This document shows positions 1 through 11,401 of a stretch of DNA of 64,000 nt, in pieces. The stretch covers positions 572,114 through 636,113 of the forward strand of contig NW_013657679.1 of assembly GCF_000142905.1 (NCBI RefSeq), written 5' to 3'. The number at the start of each line of letters is the position of its first letter. Position 1 is the stretch's first letter. Origin of the DNA: Thecamonas trahens ATCC 50062. Its lineage: Eukaryota > Protista > Apusomonadida. The translations under genes were made by a program, and so were the position numbers. The notes beneath the pieces were generated by a model that made no database searches, was not told where the DNA came from, and saw only the letters and a list, made by a program, of their open reading frames with translations.

Positions 1-1194
1 GCGTGGTACTACGGTATGCTGCGGTCAGGAGGGCGCAAGCCGGCCATGTATGCGGACGAGATCGACGACGACGACGAGGTGCTGCGGCTGGCGGACGCGC
101 ACACCAACGTGGTGGGAACGGCACGGCTTGGCTCCATCAGCCACGTTGAGGTGGTGGGTCGACAGGTGGTGCTCGGCGCCGAGGCGGTCCATGTGGCCGA
201 TCTGGACACGGGCAAGTGCCGCAAGGTCGGTGCGCACTTTTCCGAGATGAACTCGATGGCGCTGTGGGGCGACGAGGGTGTGGTGTCGGCCGGCGCCGAT
301 GGGCGAGTCTGCTTTACTGTTCTCGGGAGCGATGACGGGCCAAGCCACGGCTGGTCGGCGGCGTGCAGTGACGACTGGCTCCGGCGGGTTGTGCCTGTGG
401 GTGGGAGGGCGGTGGCGTCGTCGCGGGCCAAGGAGCTGTTTGTACTTGACGCCGAGACTGGGGCGGTGACGGATGCCACAGCACAGCTGGATTCGATGGC
501 ATGGACACTCGCCGAGTTTGAGCCGCAGACCGTGGCGTGTGGCTCGGCGGACGGCACAGTTGCAGTGTGGGATCTGCGGGCGTCCCTGGCTCAAGGCCCA
601 GCGGCGGTGGCCAAGGTCTGCTCCGACATGGTCTCGTGCCTTGTGGAGATGGAGAACGGGTGCGTGGTGGCGGGCGGCTTTGACGGCAGCCTCGTGACGC
701 TCGATCCACGGGCACTGACAGCCGGGCCGTGTGCGGTGCTGCGGTCGCACTCGGCGCGTGTGCTGCAAGTAGAGGCGTATGCAGGAGGAGTTATCTCGTG
801 CGCAGCCGATTGCAGCCTGCTGCGATGGGACGGTGAGAGCACGAGGCCGAGCGTGGGATTTGAGACTCCTGGGGCGCGCGGGTGGCAGGCTGACGACGGA
901 GACGAGGGCGTGGGCGCGGCGGCGATGGCGTCCTCGCGCCCGCTGTTTGCACAGGCGTTTGCGGTAGCGGCGGACGCGGGTGTGGTGGTCGCCAACGCCG
1001 CCAACTCGCCGCAGGTCGGCGTGTACTCGGCGGCGACAGGCCACCTCCTGCACAAGGTTGGATCGCGCGGCCCGATGGCGCGGACCACGCTGCCAGCGGC
1101 CAACGACGACGTGCTGGTGACAGTGACGAGCATGTTTGTGGTGGCGTACGACGTGGCAGGCATGGTCGCCGAGTCGGTGCTTGGTGTGAAATGA
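1..1194 (+). CDS. WD40-repeat beta-propeller protein, probably 5'-partial
   Basis: WD40 signatures: VVSAGADGRV, VACGSADGTVAVWDLR, VVAGGFDGSLVTLD, HSARVLQV..VISCAADCSLLRWD. Frame is open from base 1 (AWYYGMLR...). Confidence 0.8.
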   Translation, partial: AWYYGMLRSGGRKPAMYADEIDDDDEVLRLADAHTNVVGTARLGSISHVEVVGRQVVLGAEAVHVADLDTGKCRKVGAHFSEMNSMALWGDEGVVSAGADGRVCFTVLGSDDGPSHGWSAACSDDWLRRVVPVGGRAVASSRAKELFVLDAETGAVTDATAQLDSMAWTLAEFEPQTVACGSADGTVAVWDLRASLAQGPAAVAKVCSDMVSCLVEMENGCVVAGGFDGSLVTLDPRALTAGPCAVLRSHSARVLQVEAYAGGVISCAADCSLLRWDGESTRPSVGFETPGARGWQADDGDEGVGAAAMASSRPLFAQAFAVAADAGVVVANAANSPQVGVYSAATGHLLHKVGSRGPMARTTLPAANDDVLVTVTSMFVVAYDVAGMVAESVLGVK

Positions 1195-1434
1195 AAGCGC
1201 GTGCGCGCGTGTGTGTGTGTGTGTGTTTGGCGGTGATGAGGTGAGCGGAGCGAGCGCCTGTTTTCAGAAGGCTGTGCGCGCGTCGGTACCCCAGCTAGAG
1301 CCGTTGGCGGCGCTGGGCGAGGCCGACCGCTTTGGCGAAAGGGCCATGTACGCTGGAGTCTGCAGGGCCGACGGGATGCCGCCGCGCGGAGACTCGAGGA
1401 GAAAGACGGCCCCGAGGTTGAGCGGCTGGCGGCG

Positions 1435-2429
1435 NNNNNNNNNNNNNNNNNNNNNNNNNNNNNNNNNNNNNNNNNNNNNNNNNNNNNNNNNNNNNNNNNN
1501 NNNNNNNNNNNNNNNNNNNNNNNNNNNNNNNNNNNNNNNNNNNNNNNNNNNNNNNNNNNNNNNNNNNNNNNNNNNNNNNNNNNNNNNNNNNNNNNNNNNN
1601 NNNNNNNNNNNNNNNNNNNNNNNNNNNNNNNNNNNNNNNNNNNNNNNNNNNNNNNNNNNNNNNNNNNNNNNNNNNNNNNNNNNNNNNNNNNNNNNNNNNN
1701 NNNNNNNNNNNNNNNNNNNNNNNNNNNNNNNNNNNNNNNNNNNNNNNNNNNNNNNNNNNNNNNNNNNNNNNNNNNNNNNNNNNNNNNNNNNNNNNNNNNN
1801 NNNNNNNNNNNNNNNNNNNNNNNNNNNNNNNNNNNNNNNNNNNNNNNNNNNNNNNNNNNNNNNNNNNNNNNNNNNNNNNNNNNNNNNNNNNNNNNNNNNN
1901 NNNNNNNNNNNNNNNNNNNNNNNNNNNNNNNNNNNNNNNNNNNNNNNNNNNNNNNNNNNNNNNNNNNNNNNNNNNNNNNNNNNNNNNNNNNNNNNNNNNN
2001 NNNNNNNNNNNNNNNNNNNNNNNNNNNNNNNNNNNNNNNNNNNNNNNNNNNNNNNNNNNNNNNNNNNNNNNNNNNNNNNNNNNNNNNNNNNNNNNNNNNN
2101 NNNNNNNNNNNNNNNNNNNNNNNNNNNNNNNNNNNNNNNNNNNNNNNNNNNNNNNNNNNNNNNNNNNNNNNNNNNNNNNNNNNNNNNNNNNNNNNNNNNN
2201 NNNNNNNNNNNNNNNNNNNNNNNNNNNNNNNNNNNNNNNNNNNNNNNNNNNNNNNNNNNNNNNNNNNNNNNNNNNNNNNNNNNNNNNNNNNNNNNNNNNN
2301 NNNNNNNNNNNNNNNNNNNNNNNNNNNNNNNNNNNNNNNNNNNNNNNNNNNNNNNNNNNNNNNNNNNNNNNNNNNNNNNNNNNNNNNNNNNNNNNNNNNN
2401 NNNNNNNNNNNNNNNNNNNNNNNNNNNNN
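1435..2429. other. assembly gap (N run)
   Basis: Run of N. Confidence 1.
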
Positions 2430-2934
2430 CGTTGGGAGCAGAGGCAGGAGCGCAGTGTCAGCGGCTTCCCCCGGTGGTCTGCAGAGCTCCGACTTGCCCA
2501 GTGTCAGCGGCTTCCCCCGCCCCTGCGCCACCGGTCCCTGCGCCACCGGTCCCTGCGCCGCCTGCCACCACCCCGACAAGGCCATCCACGGCCATTCCAG
2601 AACCGACACCAGACATGCTCTCTGCGACCAACTCTCCAGCTGCAGAACGTGTCCCACGTAGAGTCAGGTGTGGGACCCTGGTGCGCTCTTTGCTCTCTAG
2701 GGTAGGGGTAGGGGGTAGGGTAGGGTGGGTGGGGGAGGGGGGGGGGGTCCCCCGTGCCAATGCGACCGCCTGGAGACGGTTCCCCGCGGGTGACGGGTGC
2801 CGGCACAGGGCGCGCCATTGGGCCATCCCTCCTCCTCCTCCTCCTCTCCCTCGCCGTCTTTCCCCTCCCCTCCACTCCACCCACCCCCACCCCCACCTCC
2901 ACCCCTTCCCACCCACCCACCCACACCCTCCACC

Positions 2935-4860
2935 ATGGCTGGACGACAGACTTCTGTGGCTATGTCCGAGGTCCAACGCAGCCTCCGCAGCATGGCCTGG
3001 GAGCTGCGCAAGTGGCGGACGGGCGCAGCGGCGGTGTGGGCGCTGGCCGCGGCAGCGCTGACGGTCACCCTCGCCTCGGCCACACCCTCGCTGCTCTGGC
3101 TCTGGCCACCGTACTGGCTGAGACTCGCTCTTCGCTTTCTTCCGCTCACATGGCTCTTTGCCCGCTCGGCTCCGGCAAGTCTCGCCCATGGCTCCTTTGC
3201 AGATGGCGCGGTGCCTGCTGAGATCCATGGGGTGACCCCTGCGCTCGCTGGCGTCCTTGTCGGCGGCGTGCTGGGCGGGACGGTTCTGGCGGCGGCGGCA
3301 GGCTTTGCGCTTGTCCGCTCGGCGCTCCGGCTTGTTCCGCTCAATGCGGTTGACTCGTCGGCTCGGTACCTCCGACCCAAGTACGTGCTGTTTGTGGGCG
3401 TGTTTGGCGCACTGACGCCGCTCGCTACCTGGGCCATGCTCTGGCTCCGCGGCTCGGAGCTGGCCAGCCCGCTGCTCGCCATCGACGCCTCGCCGCCCGA
3501 CGCCACGCTCCGGCTGGAGATGACGTGCGTCGACGAGCGGTTTGTGTACATGTTTGTCCACTCGGGAGTCCTTGGCCTTGTCTTTGCCGCCGCCCACCTT
3601 GGTTTTGAGCGCTACCAGCTCGCCTTTCCGCGCCTGGCCCTCTCGCGGCGGTTCCGGATCCGGGCTCTTGTCCCAGGCCTTCTGGTCCGCTCGGCGAAGC
3701 TTGTGGCGCTTGTCTCGCGGCTTGTGGCCGGCGGGTGGATGGCGGTCTCGCTGGCGGCGCACGGTGCGTCGCTGGCGGGCGCCGCCGCCGTGGCGCCGTT
3801 CCTCAACGCTGCCACCGGCATGCCGGTCTACGCGCTGCCGCTCCTCGGCACGCCGCTGTGCGCCACGCCTGCGCGCTGGTTCGACCCGATGCTCTCGCTG
3901 CACATTGCGGCGGCGTCGGTCCTTGTGGTTTTCATCTTTGACTTGACCAACTCGATGGCCGAAGTCTTTCTCACCCAGCCTCACGCGTTTGTGGGCGGGA
4001 CTCACTCCAACTCGTCGGCGCTTCTCATTGCGGCGCTCGAGTACTATGACGACCCGCTTGTCCGCCACCTTGCCTTCCTCGACCTGCACATGGTGGCCGA
4101 GTTTGACGAGCGCCGCCGCATGGCGCTCTTTCTCGATGACTCGGGCAAGGCGTGGACCAAGCTCCTCCGTCGCCTGCTCGAGGTGGTTGACGGGCTCACC
4201 ATCCAGATGGCAGCCTGGCGGGTCCGCGAGACCGAGGCCCTTGCCGCCGTCCGCGCCGGCCCGTACACCACCTCGACCCTGCTGTACTGGTGGTTCCAGC
4301 GGCATGTGAACCCACTCGCCAAAGCCTCCGGCGCCGCGCCGTACGGCGACGACACCTCGTACGACGCGTGGCTTGCGGCGCGGATGCCCGACCCCTCGCA
4401 GACTGCCTCGCTCTGGGCTATTCTCGGCGACGCCGTCCGTGTCCGCCCTCTTCTTGCCGCCCTCTTCTACCGCTCGCCGGCGGCACACACCCGCTCGCTC
4501 TTTGACGACCTCTACCTCCAGCTCTGGTGCGTAGGCGCGCTTGGCAAGCTTGCCGCCGCCGCCAAGACCGACGACGCCTACGGCATTGTCCAGCGGACAC
4601 TACCGGACCTCACTTCGGCGCTCCTCGCCGTCGCCGTCGAGCTCGACGAGCAGATGTCCACCGTCTCGGTCCTCAACCCGCCGCTCACCGGCCCGCTCGA
4701 GGGCCACCAGCTCGTCCGCCCGCAGACCCTCGCCCTTGGCTCAGTCCTCAACACCTCGCTCTACCTCATCGTCACGACGTACTACGCCTCGCTCCGCACC
4801 TTTGCCTTCCCCACACACTACGCCGCCAAGCTTCAGCAGTACGCAGACTTTACCATCTAG
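2935..4860 (+). CDS. NDC1: Transmembrane nucleoporin NDC1 (TMEM48) homolog
   Basis: N-terminal multi-TM region, then NDC1 motifs DPLVRHLAFLDL, RRMALF, ALGKLAAAAKTDDAYGIVQRTLPDL and LNTSLYLIVTTY. ATG at 2935 in CACCATGG context. Confidence 0.85.
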   Translation: MAGRQTSVAMSEVQRSLRSMAWELRKWRTGAAAVWALAAAALTVTLASATPSLLWLWPPYWLRLALRFLPLTWLFARSAPASLAHGSFADGAVPAEIHGVTPALAGVLVGGVLGGTVLAAAAGFALVRSALRLVPLNAVDSSARYLRPKYVLFVGVFGALTPLATWAMLWLRGSELASPLLAIDASPPDATLRLEMTCVDERFVYMFVHSGVLGLVFAAAHLGFERYQLAFPRLALSRRFRIRALVPGLLVRSAKLVALVSRLVAGGWMAVSLAAHGASLAGAAAVAPFLNAATGMPVYALPLLGTPLCATPARWFDPMLSLHIAAASVLVVFIFDLTNSMAEVFLTQPHAFVGGTHSNSSALLIAALEYYDDPLVRHLAFLDLHMVAEFDERRRMALFLDDSGKAWTKLLRRLLEVVDGLTIQMAAWRVRETEALAAVRAGPYTTSTLLYWWFQRHVNPLAKASGAAPYGDDTSYDAWLAARMPDPSQTASLWAILGDAVRVRPLLAALFYRSPAAHTRSLFDDLYLQLWCVGALGKLAAAAKTDDAYGIVQRTLPDLTSALLAVAVELDEQMSTVSVLNPPLTGPLEGHQLVRPQTLALGSVLNTSLYLIVTTYYASLRTFAFPTHYAAKLQQYADFTI

Positions 4861-4869
4861 CAAGCTTGC

Positions 4870-7743
4870 TTACACCTCGACGTGCGCAATCTCGTCTTGG
4901 ATGTGGTGGAGGCCGTCGACCGCCGCCCGCTGCCGGCGGGCCATCTCGTCGCGGAGCGCATGGACCTGGTCACGCGCCGCCCCAGCCTCGCGGCGGAGCT
5001 CGGCAATCTCGCCCTCGGTTCGCGTCCGGAGCTCGGCAAGCGTCCGCTCCGCCGCCGCCGCCCGCGCCTCGGCGTCGGCGGCGCGCGTCTCGGCGCTGCG
5101 CAGATCGCGACTCACCCGCCGCGTCTCGTCGCGGACGGCGGCGATCTCGTCTTCGGCGCTGCCCTGGCTCTCGCGGAGGACAGCGAGCATCGAAGTGAGC
5201 TTGGCATTGCGCGACTTGAGCTGGTCGCGCTCGGTGGCGGCCTCGTCGCGGTCGCGGGTCAGCGAGTCTACCCGCGCGGCAAGCTGCGCGCGATTTGCGC
5301 GGCTCTTCTCCAGTGCGCTCTGCCACTTGCCGACCTTGTCTTCGGTCTGGGCCACGTACCGCTCAAGCTCGGCCGCCGTCCGAGCCTTGGTCCCCAGCCG
5401 TCCGCGCAGCTCGTCGGCCTCGGCTTGTGCGTCGGCGAGCTGGGCATCCGTCTGCTCCTTAAACTGCGCAAAGAGCTTGGCCTCTGACGCGAGTTTGGTC
5501 CGCAAGCTCTCGATCGAGGCCTCGCGGAGTGCAATCACCCCGCGCAGCCGCTCGGCCTCGTCGAGGGCGCCGGCTGAGTGGCTCTTTTTCGCCTCGCGCG
5601 CCGCTGCCAGCTTGCTCGACGTCGCCTTGAGCGCAGCCTCGAGCTTGGCCACCCGTGCCTTGAGGCTGCGCTTGGTCTCGCGTGCGGCCCGTGCGGCATC
5701 GAGCGCCTGCTCGGCAGCCTGGTCGTTCCCAGCGGCGAGGGCGGCGATGCGTGCTTCCGCCCGCGCCAGCTGCGACTGCAGCTCGTCGCGCTCGCGGACC
5801 AAGGTCGTCGCCCGCGTCTCGGCAGCCGACACGCTCGCCTTGAGCGCAGCATTGGATGCCTCAAGGCTTGCCAACGCCTCGTTCATCTGGCTCCTGGGCA
5901 CTCGAGTGGCGACTGCCTCGTCGTGAGTGGCGGCGAGCTGGGCCATGCGGGCCTCCAGCTGAGCCTCGCGGGCCGCAGCCGACTCGCGCTCGGCGGCCAG
6001 CTGGGCCTCAAGCTGCTCGCTGCGGGCCATCTCGGCGTCGAGGCGGTTGATGAGGTCTGCGGCCTCATCCTTGAGGCTTTTGTGCACGTTGGCTGCTGCC
6101 GCGGCCTTGTCCGACGCCTCAGAGTGCAGCTCGGAGAGATGGGCGTGGAGCTTGCCGGTGTGGTGCGAGAGAGCCTCCTGGAGCTTGGTCGAGTGCTCGT
6201 CGGTCATGTCGCGGACTAGCCGCGCGTGGTCGGCGCGGAGCTCGGCAATGGTCTGGGTGTGATCGGCGTGGGTTGCGTGGAGCGTGGCTTGGGCTTGCTT
6301 GATGGCCTCCTGCGCTTCGGCACGGACCGCTGCGAGCTCGGCCGTGTGGTCGGCAGCCGCTTGTGCCGCCTTGTCCTGTGCCTCCTTCAGCAGCGCCTCG
6401 AGGGTGGCGACCCGGCCCGACGCTGACTCGTGGGTATCGGTGAGCTTGGAAGCGTGCGCGTCTTCGAGGGCCTTGACGTCGGCGCGGTGCTGTTCCCGCG
6501 CAGCGTCGAGCGCCGTTCGCAGCGACGCGATCTCAGTGCGGGCTTCGGCGAGCGCAGCCTCCGCCGATGCCGCGCGCTCGGCAGCCTGAGCTACCTTGGC
6601 GTTGGCTCGCTCGAGCATGGTCTGCAGACCGGCGGCCTCGCTCGAGGCGTCGTCCTTGGCAACCCGGAGCAAGCGAAGCTCGCGCTGGGCCTCGCGACCG
6701 GCAGCAAGCTGGCCTTCGATGGCGGCAACCTCGGTGCGGAGGTCGGCCGCAGTGTCGCGAGCGCGGGCAAGCTCGTCGCGCAGCGCATCGTTGTCAGCAC
6801 GGGCGCGGATGAGATCTGCAGAACGGGCGGCGGCCTCGGCCTCCTTTTCCAGCAGCCGCTCGCCGGCCTCGGCTGCGCGCCGCTTGGTGTCGGCGAGCTC
6901 GTCACGGAGCGCGTTCTCGTCGCCGACCTGGGTCCGGAGCTCGGCCACGAGTTCGTTGAGGTGGCACTTTTCCGACCGGTGGACCGCGTCAAGGTGGCGG
7001 TTCTCCGCGCGGAGCGACTGGATCTGCAGCTCGAGCCGATGCACCTTTTCCAGCCGCGACTGCGCTACCTTGGTTTTGCCCGCCAGCTCCGACTCGAGCT
7101 TGGCGGCCTCGGCCTTGGCGGCCGTCTGCGCCTTGTCCTCGGCATCGGCCGAGCGAAGTGCCGAGACCTCGCGCTCAAGCGACGACATGCGGGCAAGGAC
7201 GACCGGCGAGAGCGCCTCGGCGGCTGACATCCGAGCCGCTGCCCGCGCTCCCTCGTGCGCGGCACGGGCGGCAGCCGACAGGGGCGACGCCGGCGGTGGT
7301 CCGGTCGCTGTCAGGTACGATGCAAATCCCGGCGAGGCCGGCATCGGCCCAGAGTCTTCAGGCGCGAGTGTAATAACAAACTTGCGTGCCCGCGATGGGG
7401 TCGGCGACGCTGTAGCGCCCGGATCAGCCACCTCGGGCTCGCGGGCAAAGAACGGCGACGAGGCCGACGGCGAGTCGTACGTCGACGGAGGCGGGTGCGG
7501 CATCGGCGATCGCAGCTGCGACATGTTGAGCGAGCGCGATGCCCATGCCATGGCTGTAGGCGATGAAGGTGTCACCGCTGACGTGTCAAACCCGTCCAAT
7601 CCGGCCTTTCTGTCTTTGTCCTCCTGTGAGTCGGCTGACCGTTGGGCTTGGCGCGCTTCGTCCAGCAAGCAAGCTTGACGAGGGGGGTGCGTAGAAGGAG
7701 ACCCAACGTACCGCACAAGAGAGTCCCGAATGGCCTCGGCCAT
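4870..7743 (-). CDS. Long coiled-coil protein (957 aa), possibly centrosomal/cytoskeletal
   Basis: Uninterrupted ORF with Ser/Pro-rich head and ~750 aa of A/E/L/R heptad sequence; no family recognised. Confidence 0.7.
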   Translation of the reverse strand: MAEAIRDSLVRYVGSPSTHPPRQACLLDEARQAQRSADSQEDKDRKAGLDGFDTSAVTPSSPTAMAWASRSLNMSQLRSPMPHPPPSTYDSPSASSPFFAREPEVADPGATASPTPSRARKFVITLAPEDSGPMPASPGFASYLTATGPPPASPLSAAARAAHEGARAAARMSAAEALSPVVLARMSSLEREVSALRSADAEDKAQTAAKAEAAKLESELAGKTKVAQSRLEKVHRLELQIQSLRAENRHLDAVHRSEKCHLNELVAELRTQVGDENALRDELADTKRRAAEAGERLLEKEAEAAARSADLIRARADNDALRDELARARDTAADLRTEVAAIEGQLAAGREAQRELRLLRVAKDDASSEAAGLQTMLERANAKVAQAAERAASAEAALAEARTEIASLRTALDAAREQHRADVKALEDAHASKLTDTHESASGRVATLEALLKEAQDKAAQAAADHTAELAAVRAEAQEAIKQAQATLHATHADHTQTIAELRADHARLVRDMTDEHSTKLQEALSHHTGKLHAHLSELHSEASDKAAAAANVHKSLKDEAADLINRLDAEMARSEQLEAQLAAERESAAAREAQLEARMAQLAATHDEAVATRVPRSQMNEALASLEASNAALKASVSAAETRATTLVRERDELQSQLARAEARIAALAAGNDQAAEQALDAARAARETKRSLKARVAKLEAALKATSSKLAAAREAKKSHSAGALDEAERLRGVIALREASIESLRTKLASEAKLFAQFKEQTDAQLADAQAEADELRGRLGTKARTAAELERYVAQTEDKVGKWQSALEKSRANRAQLAARVDSLTRDRDEAATERDQLKSRNAKLTSMLAVLRESQGSAEDEIAAVRDETRRVSRDLRSAETRAADAEARAAAAERTLAELRTRTEGEIAELRREAGAARDQVHALRDEMARRQRAAVDGLHHIQDEIAHVEV

Positions 7744-8045
7744 GCACTAGTCAAGGTAGAGTGCGGGTAGCGATGACGATGGATGAGTGTGTGAGAGAGA
7801 GTGCGTGTGTTGGTGGCGGGTGCGGCTGGGGGTTGTGGCGGTGATCGTGTTCGCGATCGTGATCGATCAAGCGGTGGAGGATGGGGACGGCGGGGGAGTG
7901 CGGGGATTGCGGGAGAGAGCGCCCAAAAAAAGGTCGTACTTTTTGGAGAGCACGTCAGTCGGGCACGCGAGACAGGTTGGAAGGAAGGTCCGGGGGGGGG
8001 GGGGGGGGGTGGTGGTGGAGGCTGAGCATACCGCACTCTGCTAGT

Positions 8046-9878
8046 ATGGACATGGCTACAGCAAAGCAGGTGGCAATGGTGGGCGCTGTGGTGGGATGCG
8101 TGTGCGTGGCGGCGGCGTGGGCGAGCGAGACGGTGCCGGTGGTGCCGGTGGCCGGTGAGGGGATCGCGAGCGGTGGCGGGAGCAACGCGACAGGCGGGGA
8201 CGGTCTGGTGGTTGCTGCTGCCGATGCTGCGGCTGCTGTAGTGAGCGGAGTCGGGCTGTGGCTGGAGAACATGGTGGAGGCGCAGACTGCCGGGCTGCGG
8301 GCTTGGCAGATCGGGCTGGTCTCGATTCTGGGCTACGTGGCGGTGTGCTGGGTGGTGCGGGTGGTGAGCGCGCCCGAGCCGCTGCTCGCCCGGGCCAAGA
8401 AAGAGATTTTCCGGCTGGCCAAGACGGTGCCTGCGGTGCGGGCGTACGTGGACGGGCAGATTGAAAAGCAGCTCGAGTCGATGGGCGCGACGCTGTTTGA
8501 TCCGCTTCCGGAGGAGCCGATGTACTACGCGTTGCCGGATGCCGGGCTGCCTGTGGCTGACGTGCTTGCGGCGACGGACCGGATGCTGGTCAAGGGCCAT
8601 GTCGACTGGGCGGGCGGCAAGGTGTCCGGCACGGTGTACCACGGCGGCAAGGAGTGGACCGAGTTTATGGGCGCGGTGGTGGGCAAGTACATTTGGACGA
8701 ACCCGCTGCATGCCGACGTCTTCCCGGGCGTGCGGCGGATGGAGGCCGAGGTTGTGGCCATGACGCTCTCGATGTACAACGCGCCGCGGACGGCGGGCGG
8801 AGTGATGACGACCGGAGGAACCGAGTCGATTCTGATGGCGTGCAAGGCGTACCGCGACCGCGGGTACGAGCGCGGGATCAGCGCGCCAGAGATGGTTGTG
8901 CCGGACACGATCCACGCCGCGTTTGACAAGGCGGCGGGCTACTTTGGCATCCACATGGTGCATGTGCCTGTGGATCCTGTGACGCGGGCGGCGGACGTGG
9001 GCGCGATGGCTGCGGCTATCAACCGCAATACCATTTTCATTGCCGGCTCTGCGCCGTCGTATCCGCACGGCGTGGTGGACCCGATCCAGGAGCTTGCGGC
9101 GCTGGCGGCGTCGCACGACATCGGGATGCACGTCGACTGCTGTCTCGGTGGCTTCCTTGTCCCGTTCATGGCCGACGCCGGGTACCCACTCGCCGAGGTC
9201 TTTGACTTTCGTGCTGCCGGGGTGACCTCGATTTCCGCCGACACCCACAAGTACGGGTTTGCGCCCAAGGGTGCGTCGGTGGTCATGTTCTCGACGCAGG
9301 CGCTGCGGCACTACATGTACTTTGTGGCGCCGGACTGGCCTGGAGGAATCTATGCGTCGCCGTCGATTTGCGGCTCGCGGGCTGGCTCGGCCATTGCCGG
9401 CACGTGGGCGGCCATGATGGCGCACGGGCGGGCCGGGTACGTGGCGTCGACCAAGTCGATTGTCGAGACGACGCGCAAGATTGCCGCGGGCGTCGCGGCC
9501 ATCGACGGGCTCTTCCTCTACGGCTCGGGCGAGGTGTGTGTCGTCGGCTTTGCTTCGAACATTTTTGATATCTACCTGCTCTCGTCGGCCATGTCCAAGC
9601 GCGGATGGAACTTGTCGACGTGCCAGCAGCCGTCGTCGCTCCACCTGGCGGTCACCGTCCCGCACACCCAGCCCGGCGTGGCGGACGAGTTCCTGGCGGA
9701 TCTTGCAGAGTGCACGGCTGTGCTGATGAAGGACCCGATTGCGCCGCGCGACGGCATCGGGGCCATCTACGGCATGGCCGAGTCGATTCCCGACCGCTCT
9801 CTCGTCTCGCAGATGGCTCATGGCTTTATCGACGTCATGTACCGGGTCGACACCACCCAGGGCGACCATCTCGGCTGA
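8046..9878 (+). CDS. SGPL1: Sphingosine-1-phosphate lyase (PLP-dependent)
   Basis: GKVSGTVYHGG, WTNPLHADVFPGVRRMEAEVV, TTGGTESILMACKAYRD, HVDCCLGGF and SISADTHKYGFAPKG (PLP lysine); N-terminal TM segments. Confidence 0.95.
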   Translation: MDMATAKQVAMVGAVVGCVCVAAAWASETVPVVPVAGEGIASGGGSNATGGDGLVVAAADAAAAVVSGVGLWLENMVEAQTAGLRAWQIGLVSILGYVAVCWVVRVVSAPEPLLARAKKEIFRLAKTVPAVRAYVDGQIEKQLESMGATLFDPLPEEPMYYALPDAGLPVADVLAATDRMLVKGHVDWAGGKVSGTVYHGGKEWTEFMGAVVGKYIWTNPLHADVFPGVRRMEAEVVAMTLSMYNAPRTAGGVMTTGGTESILMACKAYRDRGYERGISAPEMVVPDTIHAAFDKAAGYFGIHMVHVPVDPVTRAADVGAMAAAINRNTIFIAGSAPSYPHGVVDPIQELAALAASHDIGMHVDCCLGGFLVPFMADAGYPLAEVFDFRAAGVTSISADTHKYGFAPKGASVVMFSTQALRHYMYFVAPDWPGGIYASPSICGSRAGSAIAGTWAAMMAHGRAGYVASTKSIVETTRKIAAGVAAIDGLFLYGSGEVCVVGFASNIFDIYLLSSAMSKRGWNLSTCQQPSSLHLAVTVPHTQPGVADEFLADLAECTAVLMKDPIAPRDGIGAIYGMAESIPDRSLVSQMAHGFIDVMYRVDTTQGDHLG

Positions 9879-9918
9879 GGGAGTGAGGTAGAGGACGCAT
9901 GATGCTCACGCAAGGTGC

Positions 9919-11094
9919 TCACGCGTCAAGCACATCGTCCACCAGCTGCAGCATGACATCAAACGAGACAGCCTCGGCCGAGAGAAGCTGCGCCTCGACC
10001 CGCATGGGCGAGACGGCGTTGATGCACGGGATGCCCGTCTCGAAGATGCGGGCGCGAAGGTCGAAGCCGAGCAGCTGTGCCGAGGCCGTGGCCTGCGACG
10101 AGGCGACAAGCGCAGCCTTGCTGGCAGCCGGCGAGCCGCTGGCCGGCGGCGAGGCGAGGAGACGGGCAGCAACAATGTGGGCGAGAAAGGCCAGATACGA
10201 GGTATGTGCGAGCGGCGCCGCCGTCTCTGCGCAGTGCAGGAGGAGCGGCACGAGGTAGGCGTCGACAGCGACGGCCGAGACGGTGTCGAGCGAGACGCCA
10301 CAGGTAGCGAGGGCTAGCGGAGCAATCGCGCACGCATTGGCGGCGGTGCAAAATGCCTTGACCCGGGCGAGCGCGAGCTCCAGCTTGCGGACGATCTTCT
10401 TGGCCGACTTGTCGGACGCGGCGGCGGCGGCGAGATCGGCGGCGGTGGCAGCGCGGAGGAGGGACAGGCAGGCAGCCGCGAGGGCCGGATCCGACGTTGC
10501 CGGCTCGTCCGGCCCGCGCAGGTACGGCGCGTTGGCCACAATGTACGCAAGCGCGGTCGGCCCATCCACGTCGCCGGCGTCGACGCGGGCGGCGAGCTGA
10601 ACGACAAGCGCAACGCCGGCGAGCGCGCCCGTGGCAGCAGCCGCCAGGACGGCAGACCACGGCTGGTCGTCGAGCGGAACAGCCGAGCCGAGGTGAGCGG
10701 TGCTATCGCTGGTCAGCGGGCCGGTCCAGGTCACCGACTCGTCCGAGATGGGCGCCGACGGGCGCGGTGTCCACGGCCCGCGGAGGAGGACATGGGCAGC
10801 GTCTGCATGGGAGGCCGTAGCGGACAAGGGAAGCGCCAGGTCTTCAAGGGCATGAGCAAGCCGCGAGTCGTCAGGCGGAGTGTCTGCAGCAAAGTAGCCG
10901 GCCTTGACACACTGCCACACGGCGTCGACCAGGCCCGGGAGGTCCTTGCGGACGACCGAGGCCGTCTCGGCCGGCAGCGAGTCGACGGCGGCGGCGGTGG
11001 CCGAGGCCACATGCTCGCGCAGCGGGAACAAGCTCATCTGGGCCAGGACTGACGAGGCAAGGGCCTCTGCCAGCTGCTGTGTCACCTCTGTCAT
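9919..11094 (-). CDS. Hypothetical helical protein (~391 aa)
   Basis: Open frame from ATG 11094 (MTEVTQQLAE) with coding-like GC3 bias; no recognised domain. Confidence 0.6.
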   Translation of the reverse strand: MTEVTQQLAEALASSVLAQMSLFPLREHVASATAAAVDSLPAETASVVRKDLPGLVDAVWQCVKAGYFAADTPPDDSRLAHALEDLALPLSATASHADAAHVLLRGPWTPRPSAPISDESVTWTGPLTSDSTAHLGSAVPLDDQPWSAVLAAAATGALAGVALVVQLAARVDAGDVDGPTALAYIVANAPYLRGPDEPATSDPALAAACLSLLRAATAADLAAAAASDKSAKKIVRKLELALARVKAFCTAANACAIAPLALATCGVSLDTVSAVAVDAYLVPLLLHCAETAAPLAHTSYLAFLAHIVAARLLASPPASGSPAASKAALVASSQATASAQLLGFDLRARIFETGIPCINAVSPMRVEAQLLSAEAVSFDVMLQLVDDVLDA

Positions 11095-11301
11095 GAGGAA
11101 TGTGTGTGTGGTGGGGGGGGGAGGGGTGGCGGTGGGGACGGTGGAGTGGGGTGGGGTCAAGTAGGGTAGGGCGGTGGATGGGCGGATGGGGGGGACGGGG
11201 AGGGGGCGGTGGGTTGTTGATGGGGACGAGGGGGGGGGGGGGGGCGCACAGAGCTGCTCAACCGGATACAAGGGCGATACTGCGGTGGAGAGGTTGGCGA
11301 T

Positions 11302-11401
11302 NNNNNNNNNNNNNNNNNNNNNNNNNNNNNNNNNNNNNNNNNNNNNNNNNNNNNNNNNNNNNNNNNNNNNNNNNNNNNNNNNNNNNNNNNNNNNNNNNNN
11401 N
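11302..11401. other. assembly gap (100 N)
   Basis: Run of N. Confidence 1.

Noticed and set aside
591-3061. Long ORFs 591-2657 and 1211-3061
   Set aside because: Their length comes from the N gap; a gene may lie here but cannot be defined.
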